The notes under the pieces: model-generated
What the model was told of the DNA's origin: nothing
Databases searched by the model: none
The model's input: the letters and a program-made list of their open reading frames with translations, nothing else
In this document: positions 37,024 through 51,895 of the stretch, in pieces
How positions within the stretch are numbered: the stretch's first letter is position 1
Layout: every line of letters starts with the position of its first letter
Assembly: GCA_977016875.1 (NCBI GenBank)
Contig: CDRNST010000085.1
Span: forward strand, 620,001-684,000
Length of the DNA stretch: 64,000 nt
Source of the DNA: Pavona decussata
Taxonomy: Eukaryota
Direction: 5' to 3'
Program-made: the position numbers and the translations under genes

Positions 37024-40000
37024 TCAAAAGTCTCTCTGATACGGTATCTGGGTATGCCAGTCAGGGAAACAGTTGACAAACAAATCAAATTGTACCAAAT
37101 GATATATTATCTATAAAAGAGCGGAGAGAGCAGAAAAGGAGGCAATGAAGGAAAAAATATACTTCGATTTATTCCTATTTCGCACCGTTTTCATATGTTC
37201 AAAGTTCAGACCGTAAAGTATAAACCAGATAGCAAATGGATTAGCAACTTTTGTGAATTGTTATTAGCGTAGGTGGATATTTCTCAGTGTCAAAGGCGTC
37301 AAACGCCGTCACTTAGTACGCAGTTCTACCGCGGAGTGAAATTTAATTTTACATCTGCGATCTCCAGGAGAACTTATCACTGAAAAGATTTATGTCGAGG
37401 TCTCTTCTTCTCTGGTTTCTATTTTTGAGATTTTGGTAGTACTTCTAGCGTTTCTTGATTTTAATTTTGAATATTTCCATGGACGGGCGAAAACATGTCA
37501 CTTACTTGCACAAGAGCTGTTTCAAGCTTTCGAGGAAGTACGACAGAATCGTAATTTTGTGAAAATAATTTATTTGCCGACGCGGCGATATCAGTGTCTT
37601 TTCTATGCCCTCAATTTAAATAAACTCTTAACCAGGATATCTAGGTGTTTTGATTTTCTTGAGTAAATAAGAGGATAACAAAATCAGCTAGAGCTCACAG
37701 CCTCAAAATTACTGGCAATAATAGGAGAATAGAACGATGGAAAGGTCATCGATTCACCTCTGCGTCAAGTTAGTTTGGCATCCTAGACGATGGTACAATT
37801 TTGATTTGGAAGTCGATCGACTAACTGTAAAACCGATATTAAGAACAAACTATTTCTCGTCGCCTTTGCCGAATGTTATCTTCAAATAACCTGGCAAATA
37901 AATTTCAGTGTTGCACTCGGTTTGTGTTTAAAGAAGGGCCGATCTAAATGACACCAGACGCAGCGAGAAAATTATTTCCCTGATCTTGGCACATTTATCA
38001 TTTGCCCTATTATCCTCCCTCTATTTGCTTTATCGTTGTTACTTGCGTCTCCGCTCGGATCTGGTTTTGTCACAAAGTTTATTAATCTTAGGCTGTACCG
38101 CCAATGGGCAGTCAAATACTAGAGAAAACTTAGGCGCTGTTTGTTATTTACTGGTCTTGTTTTCATTCCGAATATAAACCATCGCTGAACTTTACGGTGT
38201 TTTGACATTAAATTAAGCTTTTTCGATCGCTCATTGTTAACCAAACTTTCTGTTAAATAGTCAGCGATTAAATGCTAGCAGGGCGACAAGGAGAGGGTAT
38301 TTCGCAGCTAGAACGGACACAACATTTGACAGCGTTAACTCAATTTGAAATGTTGACACGGCCGGTGCGAGTCTTTCGCGTGCCTTACTCTAATCTCGCG
38401 TGCTTTTCAGTCTACATGTGCAAAATTTCTGACAAAATTTACATTCCGGCACACGGATCTGGACTGATAAACACACGATAGCTTTCATTTTGCTGATACT
38501 AAAAGGAAAACTTTTAATCGAGCCGAAAATTTTCATACGCATGGAAACCTAAGCGAAGCATGAAAATCGACGGCTAAGACTTCTTGTATTCAAATTAACC
38601 ACATATCCCGAGGCAAATCGGCGAGATAAGAGAATCATTTATGGTCGCTCGCCTCTAGAATCACACAAAAGATCTCAAAGAGAGACACGTGCGAACAAAC
38701 ACTCCTTCTCGAAGATTAAACTGGAAAACAGTCCATAAAAAGAACAAATCAGTTCATGTACTCATCGGAAAAAAAGAAATAAAGCCTAAAAAATACATAT
38801 TCTCTTGGTAACAGGTGGATCTCTATTTTGACTTGGTATATCCGCACACTTCGCTCGTGTACGAGATGCGTGACGGACAGTTGAAAAAGATTGAGGGGTG
38901 GGAAATTTCCCCGACCTGAGCCTTTCCGAAACAGCTGTGATGAGCTCTAGCTCAGTTTGGAAGGAAATTGATAGGAAATATTTCTGATTAAAAAGATATA
39001 TTACATTTCCATGGATTCGAAAGGGCGCAATGCTATAGAATAACGCTGTAGGGAGCCTGCACTACGTACGGAACCGCTTGAAGCCATCGTATGCTAAAAT
39101 TAAGCAAGATTTTAGTCTAGGAGAAAGAAAAAATAACGAAGAAATGTTTTTAAAGAGTGCGAACCTTTTGAACTCTAAATATTCCAGTAAAATTTCCCTC
39201 CTGTTGCAAAGTGTTTTTGATTTACCTAAGGTTTTTTTTTTTTTTTTGGAGTGATTATTTTTTCTTACCAGCGTTACGCCACCAGTGTTTCACTTGAATA
39301 TAAAATTTCGCAAATTTCATGTTTGCCAAAAGGGAGAATGTGAAAATTTGATACACATTTCTCCACCTCACTAGTACAACCGATTTCACTGGCTTGTATC
39401 AGTAAGGAGTACACAGGATCAAGCCATCAGCTTATCTACAAGGGGCATAAACAAACCAAAGGCAGTGCTAGTGTGCGACGGACATCATAAGCTCGGAATC
39501 GCAGCACCAGATTTTAAAACGCACTCAGAAAATGTATCGATGCGCGCCCTTTCTTGCAATGCAAGGTCCAAAATCTGTGCCTTTCCACGATCATAGTTTA
39601 TTACTTCACCCCGGTTTGTTTACAGGAGACCGCGGGGTAACTATAACAGCACCTGTGAACTATCAAGGAAGATATTTTTTTCATTAAGGAACAGCACACC
39701 ACTTCAAAATACCCCAAATATAACCATCGAGGTGTCAAAGTATTTCCTTCACATGTGTACCCTGCAACCCACTTATCAGAACTTCATGACACCTTTGCGA
39801 TCCCTTGCAGAGGCCAAGGTTTCTCGGTGGCCGGTGAAACGACGCCGGCTGAGATTATTTACGCTATAGCGGCTTCAAAGAAACTAGGTGGTCTGCAAAC
39901 GCGTCTCTCTTCATTTAGCACCCCCTTCTTAAAAATAAGAGTGGAGACATTCTGAGAGTCAGTCATAACCGCATTCATAGGAAACACTCGAGGAAATAAC

Positions 40001-43000
40001 ACAATTATAGCTACCATTAAATTAACGAAGTGATAAACCCCGTTCACTTTTTTTCTATGCGTCTGTAGCTCTCTATTAGAAAGACGAAAGCACACTAGGT
40101 ATCAAAAAATGGTTTTCAAGCTTTATTTCTCCCCTTTTTTAACGCCAAAATTAACACTAGTGTTATTTTCCACTGTTAAGACAATATCCTTTCGTATACA
40201 CAACTCAATTCCGTTTCTTACTTTCTTTCTTGTGCTATAGAAACACAAATATAAATTACACGAGTAATGATTTTGTACATCAAAATGTGATAGCCTTCAG
40301 CATTTTTTTCTCCATCTTTTTTTCTTAGTTCTCATGACAGGAAAGAGGTTAGTATTTCTTTAAAAGCTTCTGTCCAACAAATTAAGTAATGCTCTGACAA
40401 ATGACAGGAACTTAATACAACATACAAAAAGATTGCAAACGAATATGGAATATGGCACATCTGTTTCAGTTGGAGCAAATATTCCTCCAGCGATAAATTA
40501 CATCTGTGTAATAGAGAAAAGGAAAAAAAAACTGGCTCGGTTAAAAACAATATGGCTGTGATCCAACTGATAAGTCGTCGAGGAGAATCTCCCAAAGTTC
40601 GCTCAACAGTAATTAGACCGATCAGGTTACTTGCGATCAAATGGATCACGTTATAAATGCAAGTTATTACACACAGACATTTTTTTAGTACCGTGGAAGA
40701 TTTCTTTTTTAAAAAGTAGTATTAAACTGAATCTACAAAGAAATTAACTAAGTTGAGTTTCGAAAATGAAAAATACCATCAATGGAAACAGAGTACAATA
40801 AATATTTTATTAAATTAAGGATCATTGTAAATGGCTTTGCTCTCTCTTATCCTTGTGCGCCTTCGGCATATTAGCTGGAAAGAAATATGTCCCGATGAAA
40901 TGAGGATTATCTGTGTTAATAAGAGAAATTGGGCACCTTCTGATACCAATCAGTTATTGGCCTGTCGGTCAATTCTCGTGAATTTTTACAACTTTAGAGC
41001 CAAGCGGTTTTCACCTTGAAGAACCGTAAACAATAGATCTCTGTCGCTTTGGTCTCAAACTGATTTAACAAAAGAATAAACCCAAGATATTCTTCTTAAC
41101 GGCGGAAGAATGCAGCGAGATTATTAAACTATAACAAAGACCCTAACACGGAAAAGGAACTTGCGAACGGTGTTGAGCGAGGTTAAATTCTAAGCAACTG
41201 CGGTGTCTCAGCGCCGCGCGAAATTGATCGCTCAGCCGGGTCTCTATTATATGCAACTTGCTCATCTGACAAAGAAAATAATAAAGACCGTCCCGTAGTT
41301 TTTCTACCCAAAGAAAAATTTGAAGCAGCTAGAAAGATTCATGCCATACAAGTGAGATTTCAATCCAACACTCGCGCGTAACCTCTTAAAGACAGTTTCT
41401 TTTAACAGGGAAGGCACGTTTGGTCAGTTTACATTGGAAAGCCACACGCTCAGTTTTTTTTAGGGGGGAGATAATAGGTAAAATATTTTGAGATCGATAA
41501 GCAGTAAGCAAAATATCCAGCATGGCTATCACACGATTTCGCAACAAACGGAACGGTGTTACCACTTAAGCTTGGATTGCTTGGATCAGATGTTCCTGTA
41601 GTTCGATCGTTCGTCTACTTCTAAGGTATCAAAAATCTGCCCAGAGACGAGTGTTCTTGGACTTCTGGCACTGAGTACATCTGACAACGCGATTCTCGCT
41701 CGCACTGCTTACAACACGTGTTCTGTCGTAATTTTTAACCTTCAGCGCTGAAGTGGAACTGAGAAGATGTAACGCATCAAGGCCGACTTGGATTGAAACC
41801 ACAAATAAGTGAGTTCACGGCGACCCCTAACATGATGTTGTCAACAAATTAGAATTACAAAACCCGATAAGAAATTTGAATTTTGTAACAGCCCAAGTGT
41901 GGCTCATAGCAATTAGCCGGAACGGAGGCTTACTTTTCCTTCATGTTTACACGCCCTGTTAGGCGTTCAGTTCGTACAGACCAACCAAGGAAAGGGAATC
42001 GCTTCCATGGAAGTCGAGGTATAAGCGCTTATTCAGGGATTCCCAATTCAGACGGTAAAAGTTTAGACTAAACTTAGAAAGTAAATAAAACACACACTCA
42101 GACACGCTATTCTTTATTGAATTAACACAAGAGCGCTTTCTTTATGTTCAGAAATAGCTCAGACAGAACTCCTAAACTTTCCACCCAACTGTGGCAAAGA
42201 CAATGTCGTAGCTTGATCTCGGTCAAATGCACTACTCGGTCTCATCGCTTCGAAGTTTACCTTAATTTCAGTCATAACGTATTATTAATTTTACCAAGCA
42301 GATATTCGTAATGTCGAAACTTCCCGATTGTTATTACGACGAGATCTTACAATGAGTTCATTAGGATTTGATCAGAAGTTGGACGATTGGACATAATTAG
42401 CAATCCTGCTACGTTTTCACCAGCCTTGAACTGTTCGGCAGAACAGCGGTCGACGAGTTTCAAAGCGTGCACTTTGAAATACATTTAACCCCCTTCACAT
42501 TCACACCAATAATTAACAAGTTAGAAGAAAATTGAAAAGTACCGAATACACCTTAAAAATTTACGCCAGGAACATCAAATTAATTTTCAGCGCCTCGATA
42601 AAAGACATCAAGATATATAAATATTTCACTCACCGCTTGACGAGAAATATGGGCTTACTTGAAGCGACAAATAAAGGGGGAAGATAATGGAAACAGGAAA
42701 AGAAACGTAAATAAAAATGAATACAATTAAACCCGCAAGCACCGAGACGACGGGCTAAAAAACACCTAACTTGTCTTCGTGACTCGTAATATTATAAACC
42801 GTCATACAAAATTGAAATTGATTGTTCAAGCACCCGGCTTTTCAAGATACATTATCGACCGGTAACCAAATAGCAAATAAGACTTGACAGTTCGGATACC
42901 TTACACACTAGTCTGCAGTCACTGGCAAAAAGATGAAAGGGGTAAATATTTACCTGTGATAGTTTTTATGAGATCAAAATAAACATAAATAGCGTATTTG

Positions 43001-46000
43001 CAATGGGCGTCCGCGCGCTTCACTGCGGCAAATTTGCGCGGAATTTAAATCAGTTTATCCAAACCGCGCAATGAGCGTTGCTTACTACAATGATTTCTCG
43101 CTCGGCTGCCGTGTCGCAGCCAGTCTTAATGTGAACTGGCAAGACACGGATACAGATAAACTACAGTAGGTAACTTATCGTTGAAGAACAATGCAATTGC
43201 AAACAAAACTTTTTACGGGGTAGACATCATTCAGGCTGCTCGTGGCGTCGTGAAATCTCCACAGCGTCGGAGTAATTTCCTCACCAACACAGAGCGCTGA
43301 GCATTAAATATTCTAGCGAGAAGGAAATTGCATAAATCAAAAAGAATCAAAGTCTCTGTTAAAATCAAAGGTATTTCAAAAGGTGCAGCTTTATTTTCGG
43401 TAGTTATTGTTATTATCGCGTCAATATGATTGTGAGATATAATCCGTGAAAATCTACCAGACGGTGAAATTTTATTTTGGCTTCGAACTGATCGCCTTTA
43501 GTAAATTATTCTAATTTAAGATTACTATGAAATCTTTCAAAGTCTAATTGGATTTTATTGCAACTCATAAAAATGAGTCCGCAACGGCTCAAAGCTCGCG
43601 GAAAATTACAGTCAAAGAGAAGCGCTTGGCAGCCTGGTGGATTTGCTCATCATGAAATTGGTCTCATTATGTTCAAGTAGTAAATTTATTCAGTAGAGCG
43701 AAAGAGTCAGCTAAATTGCCGATTCATGTTTCATTTATGCGAATCATCACGTTCGTGTAGCAATCAGTTGAGGTAGATAAGTGCTGTCGCAAACTTGTGA
43801 GGCACAAAAAATATGAATGAATTGAAAATTTAAAATAGATTTATCCAGTTCATCGCTGTCTTCAGAACTCAAATATCTTTAGAAATAATTAATATTTCTG
43901 AAGCACAGCGGGGGTTTTATGAAGCTATATTTTAATACAAGGAGATATGATTTTTTTTTTGTTCAGCACGTTTGGAAATGAGCTGCCCAAATAAAAAAAG
44001 ATACGAGAAGACTTTTTTTCATGTATAAATACACGACTTCGAAAAATTGCGTATGAGATGATAATCGATGCTGCAGCTTTAAGGAAAATTATACCTGGTT
44101 TAAAAAAAAATCGAAAGCTGTTTACATTGTTTCTTAAGAAAATAATGCCGGGTAAAATATAGTTTGTTGATGGGGTAAGCAAACAAACTTCAAACTTGAA
44201 TATAATCGACATTTAAAGATGAGTCGTTACTCCTGAAGCAAATATTTGATCAAAACATGAGTGCCAATCTTTAAGTGGCATCTGCGGATTCTTGGAGAAA
44301 AATTTTTCAAAATTAAATCCTGTTTTACATCATGAATATTTAAGCCGGATACTTTTAGCTGATCGCTCTTATTTCGTTTCAGCAATTTCCGCAAATCCTA
44401 AGATGTTTAATTAGGGAGATAGAATTCTTCAGATCGAGAAGATTCCAGAGTTCTAAACCTCGGCCCACGTTTAAGGCAATTATTTGGTTTGCCTTTATTT
44501 GATATTATTGGTGAATATGCTTTTCTATTCACCAGAAGGCCATCAAGAAATTTATCAAGGCCAATATTCGTAAAGTGGCAAGATAAAAGAAAAATATAAT
44601 AATAATAATCAAAATAATTGTCATAAACATACGATGTTTCTTTTCTAGCTGATCTATATGCAAAGGAAGAAAAACTACAAATGCAGAAAGATAGCTCGCG
44701 GTTCAGTTAAAGAAAGCTATAAATGTCTTTGGACAACATTTCTTAAACTCTAAGTGAATATGTAGAATATGTAGTATATTCATAGATAATAGAACAAATA
44801 TACGTGTTTTAAAATTAATTATAATTAAAGAATCCAATAAAATTGAGAACAAGAAAGTCAAATGCAACAAGACAATTTCCTATCGCTCCAATGTACAAAA
44901 GGCGTGGTCTTTTTCACCTCTATCAGTTTTGAATTTCAGTGTTCTGTTTTGGTGCTCTTAACCATAAAAAAAGATATAGTGGTTCTACTCGTAAGTGACC
45001 ACCCGAAATGGCGATCACAGAGAAAGGGCCTCACATTCGTTGGACTACAAAAATGAAAGTTTGTACCATTCACAAGTGGCTGATTACGATGGAAGATTCG
45101 ACCGTATTTAAGAACGGACACAGTTAGAAGGTGTCACATTCGTTTAAGAAATATAACACATGGAAAATTAGCCGTATAACGGAAAGCCAAATCTTCAAAC
45201 CCTTAACCCACCCACTTTCAGCAAGAGCCGTGAACTTTGTTTGCCACATGCCATATTTGCGCTATTTTGGGGCCCACAAGCATTGCTCTTGTTCTTACCA
45301 CTTTCATCTTCATCTTCTGCTATAGTAAATGAAGTCAATTCCACAATACTAAGTGTTTCTCGTTCACCAGCATGCTGGCACGGTCAGTTTGCTTTAGTCT
45401 TTCGTCACGTTGTTTAATTCTTAATTAAAACTGTCCCATGTTGACTGTGATTGATGACATTGTTGTGCACGAGCTACATCAAAGGACCGTTATGATATAT
45501 AGAACAGCCCATCCGCTGAGCTTCATAGGAGTTGGGAAAGGAACGGTGCATATCTGTAGCAACCTTATCGAAAACACAGACTGTCACCAGAAAGGTGCCA
45601 CTAACTACTCTCCGGTGCGTGACTACTCGCGGTTTCTCTTAACAAACAGAAGTATCATTTGGGATAGTAAGTTCAAATTAAAACATAACAAAGGTACAAC
45701 ATTGGAAGCAGAGCGAAGCATGCTGTATACTAAACAAACTAATCGATCATTAAACAATAAAGATTTTTGACGGAATAGCTTGATCATGCTGAGTTCTGTT
45801 TTTTTAGTCAAACAACCTTTATAAAACAGCAGCTTGTCCCACTCCAGGTGTGTTGAAGGGTATTTTAGGTATCTAGTACATAAAGGGCAGGCCCTTCACC
45901 GTAAAGTTATTCAACTAAAGAGTGGCGGATTATCTATGAATTTTCCGTATGTATGTTTGAGGCGAAATGAAATAATACCTCTAAAAGCCAGTGCCGCTCT

Positions 46001-49000
46001 TCAGCGCCAGTCACGTCTCCGTACAGACCATCCAAATGTCCATGTTATCATAAGGTAAGGCGTTGGTTAGTAATAACAAGTTTAGGTTCAGGCAGAGGGA
46101 CTCCAAAGCCAATTCAGCTATTATATATTTAAACGCTTAAGCAACAGCAAACGACCTTTTTTCTTTACGAATCATATTGGGCCAAGGCGTAATAAATATT
46201 CCTCTCATTTCCATCTCGTCCTTTCACTTTGGAATTAAAGCAAGTATTCTGGTGTTGGGTGGTATACATGGCGTCAAGAACACGTTTTAATTGTCCTTGT
46301 AGTTTTTCACGTGCTTAATTCACGAAAGTCCTTCTGGTTTACAAAAAAACGTTATTTATTCTTTGCATGCTCATAAATCACGGCCGATGATCTGTTTTTG
46401 AGTGCCTACCCGCGGGGCAACTGTCTTGTATGCCAGATAAGTTTTAACAACGCTAATACATTTAAGAAGTTAAGCATATTCTTTAATGGGTTGTGGCAAA
46501 TTTGCATCTAGTCTTCTAGACAGCAGTTTAAATTTTCGGCTGTGGTGGAAACGATTAGCTTCAAGTCATGAAACTGCATTTGGTTGAACGAGTCCTCGTC
46601 ATTAAACTGAGTGAACAGCTGAGAAAGGTATGGCGATTATTTAAGGCTTAGGTTATTGAATCAAAGCACATTGTCAACCTTCCCAACCATTTCACGTTTC
46701 AAATCCGTCTGGGTGAGAACAACTTTGCTAGAAAAACACTTTTTGTAGTATTGTTCCGCTACTTAACAAAGCAAACAAGTTACGGTTACGACTCTTAGAC
46801 GTTCAGTACAGAGACGACTCAAACGTGAAAATTTTGCTTGTAAACATAAGCTTTGTAGTGACTGCAACTTTGAAATGTCATCTAATCTAACCAATTCTTG
46901 GTTAATAATAATGCAGGTAAAAGTATTGTAAAGCGAAATATAGAACTACTCTGCAGAACAAACAAGGATTTTGCGCTTCGAACTAGTGCAAACTATTTAG
47001 TAACTTTTGGCAGGTCGAAATCATCACTGCATATAGCATATTCCTTGTGGTGTGGCGGTCACTTCAGTTTCTCCACTCCAAAAAAACTTTACTAAACCTG
47101 TAAATATTTCTCGTGCGGAAAAGTTCACCTTGTTTAATAGAACAATGACCAAGAAGGGTGCACTGCACCGATATGGGAATCGCTTCTAATATATTTCTCG
47201 CCTAAGTAAAGCGGATTCCACGAATCAATGCCATGCATGGATGGCTTCCGTATTTATTAAGAACCTCTATGAATTGTCTTTGACTTGACAGAATGAAATG
47301 ATTATTTACGACTGTATACATTGTTTTTCATAAAAAAAAAGATCTTTGAATAGGGCCTTATTCTTAAGAAAGGCTTTATCACCATAATGACATAGAATGT
47401 GCAGGAACAATCTCTTCATTTTACTGTAGCTTTTCAAAGGCGGACAAGTTTCTAAGTTTGAAGTATTTGTCTCAAAATAAATTTGATTATTTGGTTTGAG
47501 TTAAGTTTGTTATTATTGGTAAAAACATGGAGCAAGTTGGGTCAGCTTGGCAAATACAGTGTATAATTGGCAATGGTAACAAAAGAGCACGGATCGCTAA
47601 CAAAATCAAAACTGAATATATGTATTGCTACAAAACCTATACCTAAAGGGGCCAAAGTCATCTCAATGGTAGGAGGCGCTAAAAGAAAAATAGACTTTTA
47701 GAAACAACCCCATGACAAAAGTAGTATGACAAAATGAAACAAAGTAGAATCTACCTCGTTGAGGAAATTGCGTATTTTCGAGGTTGGTGGCTGATTAAGC
47801 ATGTGACCCTTCACCGCAGGAGGAGAGGAAAAACGGTTTAATTTGTAGCTGACGGTATACTGGGAATTCGGGAATTGATGGTTTATCGTGGTGGATATCT
47901 GTTGTTTATTGGCATTCAAAACGCTGTACACAGTGTATCCTGTCCTATATTGTTAAACTGAATAGCCTTTTCTTATTAAACCAGTTTCCTTCTGGACAAC
48001 TGCTGTGGTACAGCTCAAGGCTTTGCCACATCCAGTTTAAGCCGTTGTAATAAACATTGTGTCTTTCCGATGATGTTTTCTATATCTACGCAGTTAGTTA
48101 GTTAGTTAGCTATGCAGCCTTAAAAACTGTTACGTTTATCAACTCTATAAAAAAATGAAAATTGGCTTTTAAAGTTGTAAAGATAACAGATGATTTCTCC
48201 GATGACACAAGAAATTAAAATTAGTGTGCGATACAGCAATACTGAAATTTAAAACGACTATACAATAAATTGTTAAATATTTATTTTTCTTTTCTATAAA
48301 GGAAGCAAAACTTGAAAGCTTGCATACAAGCCGTCATTCTAGTGCGCAAAGTCCATCTTCGATTAGATAAATAGACGTAATCGCTACAACGGAATAGCCA
48401 TAGGTTATGTGACGGAAGATATTCATTGAAGTGTATTCATTAACCTGAAACTGTCAGTTCTTTTGAAAATAGGTCTTTTTTTTTATTAGAGGAAATCGAA
48501 GAATTCGAAGATAGCCGCAATATGCCCAAAGGCTTGGCCAGTGAACAAAAGTAGTTGTCTGAAGCTGAGTAAAATACGTACTGTTGATTCTGCAATTGCT
48601 GTTAATAAGTATCCATATCGTTTCATGAAGAAATATATATTATTTTAACTCTTTTCTCGAATTTTTTTCCGACCTTGTTTTTAAAGTGGAATTTTTTCTA
48701 TCAAAATGTTTTTTTTTTCACCTCTTTGTTTGCCTCAGTGGGCATATGAAGACACGAGGCTACTTCATCTGGGTTTATCTATGGTTGACAATCTAACTCT
48801 CGCTTCCTCGAAGAAAAATGAAAGAAAAGGAACAAGGAAAACTTAAAATTAATCGAAAATCGCTGCACAAAATCACTCTGCTTTGCTTTCAAACAACAAC
48901 GTTCAATGTCATAGAACAGTAAATCAGCGGGAATGAACAACATGCATCTTTTAGGGATGAGAATCGTTGCTTTCAAGAAAAACAGAAAATAGCATATATA

Positions 49001-51675
49001 ACTGGTATAGTTTAAGAGCATTATTCCTTCTTAAATGCTGTGATATTGTTCTCGCCCTCACGCCAGTGTCACAGGCTTTAATGGTACTAAGCAAAATATA
49101 ACGCAATCAGGTTATAACTTTTTATTGGAAAGGGTAACATGCTCCATCTTAGAAATTATTAATTAATAAACAGTACCACATGAAATCACTGCAAATATGT
49201 TCCACTAGAACGATCACACTTATACTCGTACATAGACTAAAAAACAAATACACATGCTCATGGGACTGGGCTAAATAACTGAGTGAAAAAAAAAAAATAA
49301 GTGAACCTTCATAATCGCTGAGTAAGATGTGAAGAAAGTTTCAGTGGTATTAGCATAACCAGACATCTCTACTAGGTTACAGCTTCAAACACAAAAATTT
49401 AACGAGGGAAAGTCTTGGCTTCAAGTCAGTAAAATAAGCATGAAATATGTTCAGCTCCTTACGGTCTTTCTCACTTTTACTCCCTAATGGCAAAATATTG
49501 CAATTACTGTCTCTTTCACTATCATGTAACAGACGATCACAGCTTTTCTAGATTCCTCAGCCAAGACGAACATTTAACCTAAATATCTTTGACACATTTA
49601 ACACGAAGAGCATCAACCCGAGTTCCGATGAAGCACTCCACTATATGTAAATTGGGACCGTACTTGTGAAAAGTATTGAAAATCGGCGAGGTCACAGAAA
49701 AACATGTCCGAAACTTAACAGAGGCAAACATAGCCTTTCAGTTTTTCTCCTCTAAAAACCCCTCATGCTCGAAACTGAACCAAATAATTTACATTTAATA
49801 TTGCAAACTACTGCAAAAAAACTCCCATAGCCGCACCATGGGAAAGCAATAAGAAAAGTGTTCATTTAAACGGTAGAACTTTATGGTATTATCCTTAGAC
49901 TAATCTTGAAAGCTCCAACGAATCTGTTCGAGTCGAGGACTGAAGCAGTAAGTTATGCTCCGCCATATGTCTTACGGAATGACAGCTTCATGATTTCAGG
50001 TCTTTAAGTAGCAAACAGTAGTAGCTTCTCAGGTTGCCTTATAACACGTTTTTCCCTGCTTTCCTTTCAGTACCTGGGCACGGTTACAAAAGACACTATC
50101 AAGATAAGTGGGAGATTAGTGTACAACCTTTCGCTTGGTGCAAAAAAATTTCTCGCGCCATTTTGCGGAACACACGGCCGCATACCGATTAACAGGTATT
50201 AATTTTAAGATAGTGATCGAGGAAGAGCATTAAAAATTACAAAGTCAAAGATCAGTGGCATAAAACCTCCACTTAGCATGAGATTACTTTAAGTTGTCAA
50301 AGTCTGACCCTGTCAAGATCTTTAGGGTTCTAATGCGCAAATAATTTTTTCCCGGATAAATTGCCAAACGTACAAAATCGACCCAATTCGGCGGTTTCAT
50401 TCTCTTTTACGTTATCTTTGCAACCATAAAGGACTTTGACCAAAGGTCCAAATTTTACATTAGAAACACATTACCTGTCAAAACTTTGTCTCCACGAGAA
50501 AAGAGTTGGAAATTGTGGCCGTATATCCAAAACAAGGCGGGACATTGCTAAAATAACTGGATGACTGTAAATAAAACACAACCGTTTATATTTTGCATTA
50601 ATTGACAACAAGAACAGCTAATTCTAAAATACGGTCAGAATGAGCTCGTTTCTTATCAATTCAGTTTGAACAGATGTACAAGAAAACGTTCGAAATTAGC
50701 TAAAGAATCCCGTTATGAAATATCGCGAAAATGTCTACATGAAGAAGTGAAGTGTTGGTTGTATCTAACCACTGTTTTGCCGTAGGCTAGAATGCTATTT
50801 AAGACGCAAACGCAAATTCATCTGTCGGTATTCGGTATTATCAAAGAGATCAAACAAATGTTAATAACTGAAATATGCAATTCATCACAAGGATCAAAGC
50901 CATATACTGCACCGAAAAATAGCAGTTTAGAACTCTCAAAATCCCGATTGAAAATCCAAACTAAAGCACAGGGATTTTGTTCTTAAAAATTAAAACTTAG
51001 CCAAAACACTACATCTCCCGAGCTGCTTATGCTAATTGAGCAAACTGTTATGGCGACCAAGAAAAGTCTAAGACGTGACTAGATACAGGTACTAAGAACG
51101 AATAAGGAGATCGCCTCCAAGTCTCGTATTTTTTTAGGGTAGGAAGGGTTTTTCAAAACACCGCGGGATATTACGTGCCTTACTCGCTACGAAGTCTGAG
51201 GAGCACCTAATGAAAGCACCTAAGCAAAACACTTAAAACGCTGTTGGAAGAGATCCCCGATCGTTTTAACGCCTTATAAACGAATAATTGTGTAAGTTGA
51301 CATAGTCTGATCTGGGATATCTAAGCTGAACGTTTTAGCCGCATAACGTTTTAGTGATAGGATCTTATTCACCAAATTTCTAGTTTCGGTTGTGGGTTTT
51401 CTGAAAATATTATCTGTCCTAATTTCGAACTTTGAACAACATTTTTGCACCCTCCAAGAAATAAAGTTGTTCGTTTTCAAGTCTTCGGTATTTTGAGTTG
51501 ATATTTTATCAAATAATACTCTGATTGTTCTCAGTTCACAACTAAATCCGAATTTCTGCGATAAACAACGGATCATTCGTTTTGGAAGTCTTCGCTCTGG
51601 TTAGCCCAAGGAATTGATTAGGGCAGCGAAGCAACACGTCTCATTTTCCCGCGCTGCATCTCAATTCTCTGTTTC

Positions 51676-51895
51676 TAAAGCCTTGGCTAAACGATCTGAC
51701 ACTGTTGTAAAAGACATCCAGCATTTGCGGTATAATATTGTGAAAGGTACAGCTAAATGTAGCCAAAACATTCCTCGAACAAAAATTGTTGGTCAAACAT
51801 GATCTTAAATTGAGTGCTAAACATTCTAACATTGTTAAAGCAACAAATATTGTACCGCGATTTTAAAAAGTTTTGCCGGTGCTTAGCTAGAGGTT
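51676..51895. mobile_element. Degenerate MITE
   Basis: Imperfect TIRs taaagccttggctaaac / gcttagctagaggtt and internal aacatt/tgttg repeats. Confidence 0.4.
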
